Below the pieces are notes generated by a model that saw nothing but the letters and a program-made list of their open reading frames with translations, did no database searches and was not told the origin of the DNA. From Euryarchaeota archaeon RBG_19FT_COMBO_56_21 (lineage in GTDB: Archaea > Thermoplasmatota > Thermoplasmata > UBA10834), in NCBI GenBank assembly GCA_001800815.1, contig MGWC01000061.1, positions 11,193 to 75,192 of the forward strand: DNA of 64,000 nucleotides. Direction: 5' to 3'. Positions 1 through 7,996 of this stretch are shown here, piece by piece. Made by a program: the position numbers and the translations under genes. Position 1 is the first letter of the stretch; each line of letters begins with the position of its first letter.

Positions 1-1
1 A

Positions 2-574
2 GGATACGGGACGACGACCCTCACGAGGAAATTCATAGAATCGCAGGATGAGGAGGACGTCCTGTGGGTCTCCCTGAATCCCAATACCTCGGCCAGGGAT
101 CTGGAATCCAAGATGATCGAATTCGGCCGGAAGGTCAAGAAACAGGTTGAGGGGCTCAAGGATGTGCTCGCGATTGAGAACTTGGTCATTGTGCTCGATG
201 ACTACTACACGGTTACTGAGGAAGTTGTGGAGTTCTTCGCGCGGCTAGTCGAGAACGGCGGGGGGGCCAAGATAATCGTCGACGCGAGACAGGAGACGCC
301 CGCGTATAACAGATTCTACCAGCGGAAGCACGTGGAAGGAGGCATGGTCTCCGAGCTGGCAATGAAAGGACTTGATGATGCTAGCGCCAAGAGACTCCTT
401 GGGAACGACAAGATCGAGAATGATGCGCTGCGGAGGATCATCATGATCACGCATGCCCAGCCGAGCGTCCTGAGGATGTTGAAGGAAAACGACTTCAGCG
501 GACTGAAGGAGAACACCGTCTTCACTCCTGAGGAGATTAGATATCTGTTTTTCCTCAAGGACAAGTGCCAGTAG
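2..574 (+). CDS. AAA/STAND-type ATPase-like protein, 3' fragment (5' end outside window)
   Basis: The frame is open from base 2 (GYGTTTLTRKFIESQDEEDVLWVSL...), upstream of the tracked Met at 113. A P-loop-like G-Y-G-T-T-T-L sits at the window edge, with Thr where the Walker A Lys is expected. LVIVLDDY is a Walker-B-like strand. Family assigned by eye only. Confidence 0.4.
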   Translation, partial: GYGTTTLTRKFIESQDEEDVLWVSLNPNTSARDLESKMIEFGRKVKKQVEGLKDVLAIENLVIVLDDYYTVTEEVVEFFARLVENGGGAKIIVDARQETPAYNRFYQRKHVEGGMVSELAMKGLDDASAKRLLGNDKIENDALRRIIMITHAQPSVLRMLKENDFSGLKENTVFTPEEIRYLFFLKDKCQ

Positions 575-580
575 CAATGC

Positions 581-1126
581 CTACCACTCGATGCCTTTCC
601 TGGCCTCGAGGCCCTGGTCGAACGGGTGCTTCTTGCTCTCGATTATTGACACGTAGTCTGCATACTCGACGAATTCGATGGGCGCGTTCCTCCCCGTGAG
701 GACGACCTCGATGCCCTTGGAACGATCTCTGAGGAGCCTCAGCACCTCCCCTGCGGATACGAGTCCGAAGGAGACGGCGGGGTTGATCTCATCGAGAATG
801 AGTAGCTCGCATTCGCCTTTCTCGATAACCACCTTGGCGACCGCCATTGCGTCGGCTGCAGCCTTCTTGTCGCCATCAGAGACTTCTCTAGGGTTCACGA
901 ATCTGCCGGTCCCGAACTGTTCGACTCTGATGCCCTCCAGCTTCCTGGCGGCAAGTACCTCGCCTGTAGTCTCTCCCGTCTTCATGAACTGTATCACATG
1001 CACTCTCAGCCCGTGACCAACCGCCCTTAACGCGAGGCCGAAGGCAGCTGTTGTTTTCCCTTTGCCTGGTCCGGTTATGAGGTGTATTTTGCCTAATTCG
1101 TCCCGCATTTCTACCGCGTACCACAA
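581..1126 (-). CDS. cobO: corrinoid (cob(I)yrinic acid a,c-diamide) adenosyltransferase, CobA/CobO/BtuR family
   Basis: GPGKGKTTAAFGLALRA P-loop, VIQFMK, LLILDEI and C-terminal KKHPFDQG are typical of the family. The start may be the internal Met at 1108. Confidence 0.85.
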   Translation of the reverse strand: MWYAVEMRDELGKIHLITGPGKGKTTAAFGLALRAVGHGLRVHVIQFMKTGETTGEVLAARKLEGIRVEQFGTGRFVNPREVSDGDKKAAADAMAVAKVVIEKGECELLILDEINPAVSFGLVSAGEVLRLLRDRSKGIEVVLTGRNAPIEFVEYADYVSIIESKKHPFDQGLEARKGIEW

Positions 1127-1150
1127 GGGCGTGCTACTAGAAAAACGGCT

Positions 1151-1669
1151 CTAGCCCGAGCCGCCCTGGCTGGGGACACGACCGTTCTCGCTAGGGAGCG
1201 AGAACTCCCTCTCGAGCAGGCCGAGCTGCGTAGTCTCGAAAGTCCTAGGGTCGATGGGCACGATCAGGAAAGAGCCCGACATCGCCACCTCTTCGTTGGT
1301 CAACTGAATCGCCTTCATGACCGCCCCGAAACCGTTCTCGGTCACGAGGTATTCCAGCCCGTCGAGCAGTACTGCGGCTCCCGCGTTAGCCTTGATGAAA
1401 TCGGATATGGTCCCGTGGATCTTCATGAGCCTTGTAGGCTCGAGGCTGATGACTCCCCCTGTCGGCTTCGAAGCCTTCGCGATCCACATGATTGGGCAGT
1501 CTAAGCCGTGCACTTGCTGAACCCTGTTCGGGTGGCTCCGGGTTATCACGAGACCTCTATGGCCTTCGGCTAGGAGTTTTTTGAAGGCCGCATATGCTCG
1601 TACAACCCCCTTGTCGGTGTAGAGGTACGAGCTCCCGCCCTTCAGGATTGTCTCCTCCGTGTCGCTCAT
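1151..1669 (-). CDS. DUF835 domain protein (P-loop-less RecA/KaiC-like partner protein)
   Basis: Shows the DUF835 pattern SSYLYTD...GLVITRSHP...IMWI...LEPTRL...VLLDGLEYLVTENGF...LIVPIDP...LEREF. A GGAG sits just upstream of the ATG, and the gap to the upstream KaiC-like gene is 9 nt. Confidence 0.7.
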   Translation of the reverse strand: MSDTEETILKGGSSYLYTDKGVVRAYAAFKKLLAEGHRGLVITRSHPNRVQQVHGLDCPIMWIAKASKPTGGVISLEPTRLMKIHGTISDFIKANAGAAVLLDGLEYLVTENGFGAVMKAIQLTNEEVAMSGSFLIVPIDPRTFETTQLGLLEREFSLPSENGRVPSQGGSG

Positions 1670-1678
1670 AGCTCCTGT

Positions 1679-2353
1679 CTACCTCAGGCCCGCCTGGACC
1701 GCCAGCCCCTCGTCAGTAATGTCGATCAATTGCCTTCCGGTCGTGTGCTTCGTCCCCCTCATCTTGAGGACCTCGAGGAACTTGCGCCTCACCTTCTCCT
1801 CTTCTGGGTATGATAGCATGATGACGCCGTCGACCATATAGGATTCCTGGCTGTGGGAGATGTCCTCGTACGACATCTCGGCCGTGACGAGTGTGACGCA
1901 ATTGAACGCCTTCAGGTATGCGAACAGCTCGTGCATGAACTCCCTGGTCTCGCCCCGCCACTGCAACATGTCTGTCATGGGTGTGATCGGGTCGATAGCT
2001 ATCCTCTGGGGTTGGTACTGCTCGATCTTCTTCTTGATAATGTTCAACATCTCGCCAGGGTTCTTCAGCAGCGTCGGGCCAATGTCGATGAAGCTCACCA
2101 TGCCCCTCTCGACCTGCTCCTGGCTGTAAAACGAGAACGATGACAAGAACTTCTGGACGAGCCACTGAGGCTCGGATATGGCAGTGATGTAGAGGCCCTT
2201 CTCACTCTGCTTGGCCCCGTGGAATAGGCTCTGGACCGCGAATGTGGTCTTCCCGGTACCTGGCTCTCCGGCGACGAGGATGGCGGCCGGGAACGGAAAC
2301 CCACCCTGGAGCATGCCGTCCAAACCAGGGATGCCAGTCGTCTTGCGGGTCAT
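1679..2353 (-). CDS. KaiC-like / RecA-superfamily ATPase
   Basis: GIPGLDGMLQGGFP, Walker A GEPGTGKTTF, Walker B RIAIDPIT and C-terminal LKMRGTKH match the single-domain archaeal KaiC-like family. The tracked ORF extends to 2434. The Met at 2353 (MTRKTTGIPGLD) lies 1 nt after the V4R gene stop, so that start is preferred. Confidence 0.8.
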   Translation of the reverse strand: MTRKTTGIPGLDGMLQGGFPFPAAILVAGEPGTGKTTFAVQSLFHGAKQSEKGLYITAISEPQWLVQKFLSSFSFYSQEQVERGMVSFIDIGPTLLKNPGEMLNIIKKKIEQYQPQRIAIDPITPMTDMLQWRGETREFMHELFAYLKAFNCVTLVTAEMSYEDISHSQESYMVDGVIMLSYPEEEKVRRKFLEVLKMRGTKHTTGRQLIDITDEGLAVQAGLR

Positions 2354-2354
2354 C

Positions 2355-2762
2355 TCAGAGCACCTCTGTGTCGATGACGAACACGCATCGGTCATCTCCC
2401 TTCGACACGCACTTCCGCTCGTGACAGTAGACATCCTTCCCTGTGCGCTCCTCGAAGACCTTGGCCAGTATTCCTCTCAACATATGACAGGTTGGGGAAT
2501 CGGCGCTCGAAGCCTCGACGGCGCCCACGACGGAGATTGTGTCGCCCTCGAACGATATGTCCGTGGCCCAGCCTTCCTTGATAAGCACTTCTCTGATCCT
2601 TACGAGCTCTGTGCCTGCAGACCTGAGCAGACTGTCACCGATTATGCGACCGCTCCGGTAGAACATGCCATGGGACGCAAATGTCATGACGGTCTCAAAC
2701 AGTCGTTTGATTTCCAAGAGCTCTTCCCTGCGAAGCTTGATGCTGCGCTCTGGTTGCTCCAT
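2355..2762 (-). CDS. V4R (4-vinyl reductase-like) small-molecule-binding domain protein
   Basis: About 135 aa. The C-terminal C-x-E-x-x-C-x-x-x-G-D-x-x-C pattern (CHERKCVSKGDDRCVFV) and the preceding GWATDISFEGD...V segment are typical of V4R domains. Confidence 0.7.
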   Translation of the reverse strand: MEQPERSIKLRREELLEIKRLFETVMTFASHGMFYRSGRIIGDSLLRSAGTELVRIREVLIKEGWATDISFEGDTISVVGAVEASSADSPTCHMLRGILAKVFEERTGKDVYCHERKCVSKGDDRCVFVIDTEVL

Positions 2763-2888
2763 AATAACACCTGGTCGGGGTTGGCATCTATCTGTAAGTC
2801 GAGACTTATATCTTTTGGTTTGGGACTCTCCCTGTGATATTGGCTGGCTCGGACAGGTTAATCTACTTCCAGGCTCTTCCGAGTTGTC

Positions 2889-3434
2889 GTGTTAGAGGTC
2901 GAGGTCAAGTATCGTTCGCCAGGTAACGACATGGTTGAGAAGGCCTTGGTACGGCTGGGGGCGAAGAAGATCTCGGAAGGGGTCATGGAGGACCTTTATT
3001 TTGCACATCCGAACAAGGATTTCGGCAAGAGCGACGAGGCCCTCAGGCTAAGGAAGAGGTCGGACGGGGCGGAGCTCACGTACAAGGGCGCGCGGATGGC
3101 GATGCAACACACAAAGGCAAGAGAAGAGGTCACGCTGAGGACCGACAGCCCGCTGACAGTTCAACGGATCCTCGAAAGGCTCGGTTTCAAAGAAGCCTAT
3201 GTGGTTCGGAAGTCGCGAACCACTTATCAGCTCGACAAGCTCAGGGTCGAAATCGACAACGTTGAAGGCCTAGGCGAGTTCATCGAGCTCGAGGTGATGA
3301 CAGAGGCGCCCGAGAGGGGCGCAGCGCTGATGGAGATCGCTAGGAAGGAGCTGGTGCTTGACAAGATCGAGCCCAAGACCTATCTGGAACTCCTGATTGA
3401 GAAGGGCATTCCTAAGGAAACGGACAAGAAATGA
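2889..3434 (+). CDS. CYTH domain protein (class IV adenylate cyclase / triphosphatase, CyaB-like)
   Basis: N-terminal EVEVKY (the ExExK CYTH signature), LRLR...G..LTYKG and GEFIELEV. GTG start. Divergent from the V4R operon. Confidence 0.75.
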   Translation: MLEVEVKYRSPGNDMVEKALVRLGAKKISEGVMEDLYFAHPNKDFGKSDEALRLRKRSDGAELTYKGARMAMQHTKAREEVTLRTDSPLTVQRILERLGFKEAYVVRKSRTTYQLDKLRVEIDNVEGLGEFIELEVMTEAPERGAALMEIARKELVLDKIEPKTYLELLIEKGIPKETDKK

Positions 3435-3505
3435 TCTCCAGGCGAGGTGGACTCCTCGCCTATGGTTTCGGATACGGCTGTGATCCGTGCCCTATAAGGA
3501 CGATA

Positions 3506-3781
3506 TCAGAGTTTGTTGATCTTCTCCGTGACGAACGCCTTGATGGCTGGGTCGTCAGGAATCGTTATCGACTTCTTGTACTTCTCGCTTCCGTCCGGAA
3601 GGAAGTATCCCCTGGACACCGAGATGAACTCGCTGACTCCTTCGTCGGTTATTGCCTTCTTTCGCGCCACCTCTAGGAAGTTGTTCTTCCCAAATGGGAT
3701 CTTCTCAGCGCTCAGCGTCTCGAATTGTACCTTTGTTTCCTTCTCATCATCCATTAGGTTGCCCCCATGCGAAGTAGGCAT
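3506..3781 (-). CDS. small conserved hypothetical protein, possibly PC4/YdbC-like ssDNA-binding fold
   Basis: 91 aa. The pattern FGKNNFLEVARK...FISVSRGYFLPDGSEKYKKSITIP resembles PC4-like proteins by eye only. Confidence 0.35.
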   Translation of the reverse strand: MPTSHGGNLMDDEKETKVQFETLSAEKIPFGKNNFLEVARKKAITDEGVSEFISVSRGYFLPDGSEKYKKSITIPDDPAIKAFVTEKINKL

Positions 3782-3954
3782 CCCTCGAATATTGTCTCTT
3801 GATATAAACGTTCGTCACTGATTCGAGCATTGGAACGACGAATTGCCTCATCTGGACGTACGTGCAAGCCGCGAATTCAACGTACGCTGAAACGATTCGA
3901 CGAGAGATGTTTCCCACAGGAATGAGATAATGTAATATAGAGACGAGAATCTAC

Positions 3955-5325
3955 TTGCGACCAGTGTCAGAATCTACTGTGCCCCAGCAAGGACCAATCT
4001 CTCAGGAGTTCTGCAGATTCTGTGGGGCTCAGACACCCACATCTGGCAACTATTGCTCCAGATGCGGGGCGATGAGCGGACAAGCGATGCAGTTGGGCAT
4101 GCCACCTGCCGGAAATCGACAGATATTCAACTACATGGGGCCCGTGAAGAAGACCGATTTTCGGCTCGTGGTCAAGACCATCTCCGCATTCATCATGCTC
4201 ACATTCCTCGCCCAGCTCGCGCTTTCTCTCGGTACGCTGCTCTACGGGGCAAACCTGGTCGTCCCTGATATCCTGGACACCTGGTCAGGATTCACGCTGT
4301 TCATAGTCGTGCCGGTTATGGTAGATCTCTTCACAATCTCTGGCTACGTCCTGCTCTCATACTACATGTTTCTAGTGTTCGCCATATTCGTGAGCTGTGT
4401 CTGGATATTCTTGACCAGCTTTCAAAGGTTCAAGAACGAACTGACTATGAAGGCGAAATCACGCGAACACAGTGCTCTATTTGATACAGTAGGCCTTCTG
4501 TTCGCAACGGTATTCTTCTCGGCCATCATCGGTCTCATCGTGAACCCGTCCCCCGAGGATTTACCGAGCACGGACTCGGTCTCGGAGATGCTTTTCGTGC
4601 TGGCCAACGCATCGGTCTGGGAAGAGATCGCGGTGAGGGTGCTGTTCATCGGACTTCCGCTCGTGCTCGTGGATCTCGCGAGGAGAGAGCGCCAGAAATA
4701 CTGGTACTCATACGCCATCGGCGGTGGAATGTCCATCGGGACACCGGAGACAATCCTCATCGTGGTCTCATCTTTGATTTTCGGCGTTGGTCATTTCACG
4801 GGTGGATGGGGCGCCTGGAAGATACTGCCGGCCACGGTCGGAGGGATCGCATTCGGCTACCTATTCCTGAAGTTCGGAATCGCAGCCTCGATCATGATGC
4901 ATTTCGGAACCGACTACTTGTCGATGCCCTCCGAGGTGACAGGCTCTACAGCGCTCCTTATCCTGACCGGAATCGGAATCCTGGTTTGGCTAGGGGTTGG
5001 CGCTGGATTCTTCGTTTACTACACCACGAGAATACTTGAGTTCTTGACTGGAAGGACTTTCTTCGGACCGAAACCGGAGATTTATCCTCAGCCATGGGGA
5101 TTTCCACCCGCATATCCGTACACACAAACACAGCAATATCCGCCGCAGGCACCATCGGGCGCGTGGCAACAACCTCCTGGTGCTCCGCAGTATCAGCCAG
5201 GCCCTTACAGTCATCCTGTGCAATCTTGGTTCACAGACGGATATGTGTGCCCCGCATGCGGGTTCGCACAGGCTCGCTGGGTCAACGGTAGATTCCAGTG
5301 CATGAGGTGCGGGAGACTATCATAG
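3955..5325 (+). CDS. CPBP-family (CAAX-type) intramembrane metalloprotease with N- and C-terminal zinc ribbons
   Basis: Multi-TM core with CPBP motifs EEIAVR (EExxxR), FGVGH (FxxxH) and HFGTD (HxxxD/N). It has an N-terminal CRFCG...CSRCG and a C-terminal CPACG...CMRCG, with a P/Q/Y-rich linker before the last ribbon. Confidence 0.7.
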   Translation: MRPVSESTVPQQGPISQEFCRFCGAQTPTSGNYCSRCGAMSGQAMQLGMPPAGNRQIFNYMGPVKKTDFRLVVKTISAFIMLTFLAQLALSLGTLLYGANLVVPDILDTWSGFTLFIVVPVMVDLFTISGYVLLSYYMFLVFAIFVSCVWIFLTSFQRFKNELTMKAKSREHSALFDTVGLLFATVFFSAIIGLIVNPSPEDLPSTDSVSEMLFVLANASVWEEIAVRVLFIGLPLVLVDLARRERQKYWYSYAIGGGMSIGTPETILIVVSSLIFGVGHFTGGWGAWKILPATVGGIAFGYLFLKFGIAASIMMHFGTDYLSMPSEVTGSTALLILTGIGILVWLGVGAGFFVYYTTRILEFLTGRTFFGPKPEIYPQPWGFPPAYPYTQTQQYPPQAPSGAWQQPPGAPQYQPGPYSHPVQSWFTDGYVCPACGFAQARWVNGRFQCMRCGRLS

Positions 5326-6075
5326 GAGAGGCTCGAGGACACTCTTGCTCTCGGCCCCGCTCTCCAGATCCGTCGCCTCGATGATGATATTGCCCTTGTA
5401 GGAAAGCTTGAGCACGGAGACGATTTCATCGAGGTTCGCAGAACCTTCGTCAATCCTGTTGTGCTGATCCCACTGGCCGTCGTTGTTGTGCAAATGGACA
5501 TTCGTGAACCTGTCCGCTAGCTTCAGCATTTCCTCCAGCTCGCCCACAGTGTTCGCGTGTCCCATGTCGAAGCATATCCCCAAGCCGGAGCCTTGAACGA
5601 CCTCTAGTAGCTCGCTCGCATGCGTGCATGTGGCATTGATGTTAGCTGGCATGTTCTCGACAGCCACGGCAACGCCCAGGTCCTCCGCCGTTCGTGAGAT
5701 GTCCATGATGGATTCCCTGGTCTTCACGACCGCCCTCTTCTTGTCGAGGAAGGCAATCCCCTGAATGAACCCCGGGTGAATGGTGACCAATGGAATCTCG
5801 AGCTGCCTGCACAGGACAAGAGTCTGCTTTATCTCGTTGACCGCTGCGATCCTCATCGGCTCGTGGACGCTGCCAACGTTCACATCACTCAAAGGCGCAT
5901 GCACTTGAAATTGTAGGTCAAAGGATTCGCGCGCGTGCTTTATGTCGCCCCTGATCAGTTCGAGCTGATCCTCGCCTTCGGACAGTATCTCCCACAACTC
6001 GAAGTGTTTGGATATCTCCCCGAGCATATCCAAGAAGGGAGTCTGACAGAATGCTGGAGAGCCAATACCGATCAT
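5320..6075 (-). CDS. sugar phosphate isomerase/epimerase (xylose isomerase-like TIM barrel)
   Basis: The HAP...TIHPG...VENM...CFDMGHA...HLHNNDG metal-ligand pattern is typical of AP endonuclease 2 / xylose isomerase-like TIM barrels. Confidence 0.7.
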   Translation of the reverse strand: MIGIGSPAFCQTPFLDMLGEISKHFELWEILSEGEDQLELIRGDIKHARESFDLQFQVHAPLSDVNVGSVHEPMRIAAVNEIKQTLVLCRQLEIPLVTIHPGFIQGIAFLDKKRAVVKTRESIMDISRTAEDLGVAVAVENMPANINATCTHASELLEVVQGSGLGICFDMGHANTVGELEEMLKLADRFTNVHLHNNDGQWDQHNRIDEGSANLDEIVSVLKLSYKGNIIIEATDLESGAESKSVLEPLL

Positions 6076-6452
6076 GATGCATCAATCCTGCGAGTGTCTG
6101 GTGCGACAGATTCGATGAGTGCGTCGATGTCGTCCGATTCGAAGGCGACCTCGATGTCCCCTAGAGCGTGGCTTTCCTGGGAGAACGATATTTTGCCGAC
6201 CGCTGCGACCTGCTTGTTGAGTTTGAAGACTGTTGTCCTATTGATAGTGCCTCGTCTGAGCACAGCGCGCGCGGCGTTCCTGATCCGCTGTCGCTTGAGC
6301 AGTTCGGAGAACATCTCGATTGAAGAGGAGGTCCCGTGAATTGGGTCATCTCCCTCGAACTTCACATTTGGGAAGATGCTTCTGATGGCTTTCTCGACTT
6401 TGTCCTTGCTCTCGGTCGGATAACACCTTGCGCTGAGCCGGACTATCAACAT
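6072..6452 (-). CDS. UPF0201/COG1931-type predicted RNA-binding protein
   Basis: About 125 aa. The segment TTVFKLNKQVAAVGKISF and the overall layout resemble the archaeal UPF0201 family. There is a 4-nt overlap with the downstream gene. Confidence 0.55.
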   Translation of the reverse strand: MLIVRLSARCYPTESKDKVEKAIRSIFPNVKFEGDDPIHGTSSSIEMFSELLKRQRIRNAARAVLRRGTINRTTVFKLNKQVAAVGKISFSQESHALGDIEVAFESDDIDALIESVAPDTRRIDAS

Positions 6453-6473
6453 CAGCCAGCCATGTTAGAAAAG

Positions 6474-6481
6474 ATATTTAA
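6474..6481 (+). promoter_or_regulatory. TATA box (ATATTTAA, preceded by purine-rich BRE-like GAAAAG) for polB
   Basis: Lies about 29 nt upstream of the ATG at 6507, which implies a leaderless or near-leaderless mRNA. Confidence 0.5.
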
Positions 6482-6506
6482 AGACGTCCGCGCTAGGTTT
6501 TGCGAA

Positions 6507-7961
6507 ATGAAGAAGCGCATTTTGAAGATCTTCGAGGACAAGGGGATTCTCCTCGACCCAGGCGCGATCGACGAACTCTCAGCCGCCAAGGACGCGATGA
6601 AGTGCGTGGACGCGATCCTCAGCGATCCCGAAAGGCCGCTCGTTGTTACCAAGGCAGATGTGCAGTACTATCTCACGTGTCAGCCAGTTAAGCCGAAGGC
6701 CACGCCGCCGAAGACAGCCCCTGAGCCAAGGGTCGCATTGCCGTCCATTGAGGCCGAGCCAGGAGAGATCAGGATTCTCAAAGACATCACGGGAGACTCG
6801 ACCTGCGTTGGAAATGTCATCGACTTCGCCAAGCTGTTCAACGACCGGTTCCAGACCCTGAAGAAGATACTCGCTCGACGAAGAGAGCTCGCAGGGATGA
6901 TGTCCATCGACAGGGCGAGGAAGATTCAGAAGGATGTGCGCTTCGTGGGCATAGTGAACGATTCGCGGACGACCAAGAACGGCCACACCATACTCGACAT
7001 CGAAGATGAGGATGATAGGATCCAGGTGCTCATCATGAAGGGCGCCAAGAAGGGCATGGACGCCTTCATCAAGGACGAAGTCCTCGGCATAGTAGGTTCC
7101 TTGAGCAAAGATGGGGAACTTGTGATAGCGAAGGATGTCATCCGGCCAGAAGTACCGTTGAACAACTCAATGGCGCCGAACGGGTCGAACGCGATCGTTG
7201 CCTTCGTTTCCGACATCCATGTCGGAAGCTCTGAGTTTCTCCCTGATGCGTGGAACCGGTTCGTGGCGTGGCTGAACAAAAACCCAGTTGCAAAGGGCAT
7301 CGCGTACATCATCATGCCCGGGGACCTCGTAGACGGAATAGGGATCTACCCCGGACAGGAGGATGAGCTATCAATCGAGGACGTCTACGAACAGTACCAG
7401 GAGTTTGCCAGGCTCGTGGCCGCCGTCCCGCATAGGATCAAGATCGTCATGATGCCGGGTAACCACGATGCGGTCAGACTTGCGGAGCCCCAGCCCGCCC
7501 TGCCGAAGGAGGTGAGCTCGATGTTCGATTCGAGAGTGACATTCGTAGGCAATCCGTGCTACATGGAGATCGAGGGGAGGACGATCCTCGCGTACCACGG
7601 CAGGAGCATGGATGACTTCGCGGGCAACATCCCCAACATGTCCCAGATGCGGCCGGCGGAGATAATGAAGGAGATGCTCCGGAGAAGGCACTTGGCGCCC
7701 ATCTATGGCGACAGAACGGCCCTCGCGCCTGAGCAACGAGACTACCTGGTAATCGACCGCGTCCCTGACATCTTCGTCACGGGACATGTCCACCGGTGCG
7801 CCATCGGGGAGTACCGGGGAATCAAGATGATCAACGCGTCTGCATGGCAGGGGCAGACGGAGTACCAGCGGATGAGAAACCAGGTCCCAGAGCCAGCAAG
7901 GGTGCCGATGATCGACCTAGGCACTGGGGATATATGGGTTGAGGACTTCTCCTCTTCGTAG
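6507..7961 (+). CDS. polB: DNA polymerase II (PolD) small subunit DP1
   Basis: Calcineurin-like phosphoesterase motifs FVSDIHVGS, GDLVDG, GNHD and GHVH, plus an OB region. The tracked ORF starts at 6336 but overlaps the divergent gene. The Met at 6507 (MKKRILKIFEDKGILLDPGA) has a TATA box at -29. The Met at 6462 is an alternative. Confidence 0.85.
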   Translation: MKKRILKIFEDKGILLDPGAIDELSAAKDAMKCVDAILSDPERPLVVTKADVQYYLTCQPVKPKATPPKTAPEPRVALPSIEAEPGEIRILKDITGDSTCVGNVIDFAKLFNDRFQTLKKILARRRELAGMMSIDRARKIQKDVRFVGIVNDSRTTKNGHTILDIEDEDDRIQVLIMKGAKKGMDAFIKDEVLGIVGSLSKDGELVIAKDVIRPEVPLNNSMAPNGSNAIVAFVSDIHVGSSEFLPDAWNRFVAWLNKNPVAKGIAYIIMPGDLVDGIGIYPGQEDELSIEDVYEQYQEFARLVAAVPHRIKIVMMPGNHDAVRLAEPQPALPKEVSSMFDSRVTFVGNPCYMEIEGRTILAYHGRSMDDFAGNIPNMSQMRPAEIMKEMLRRRHLAPIYGDRTALAPEQRDYLVIDRVPDIFVTGHVHRCAIGEYRGIKMINASAWQGQTEYQRMRNQVPEPARVPMIDLGTGDIWVEDFSSS

Positions 7962-7996
7962 GTTCCTGTGAGAGATTTGATATCCGACGACGGGAA

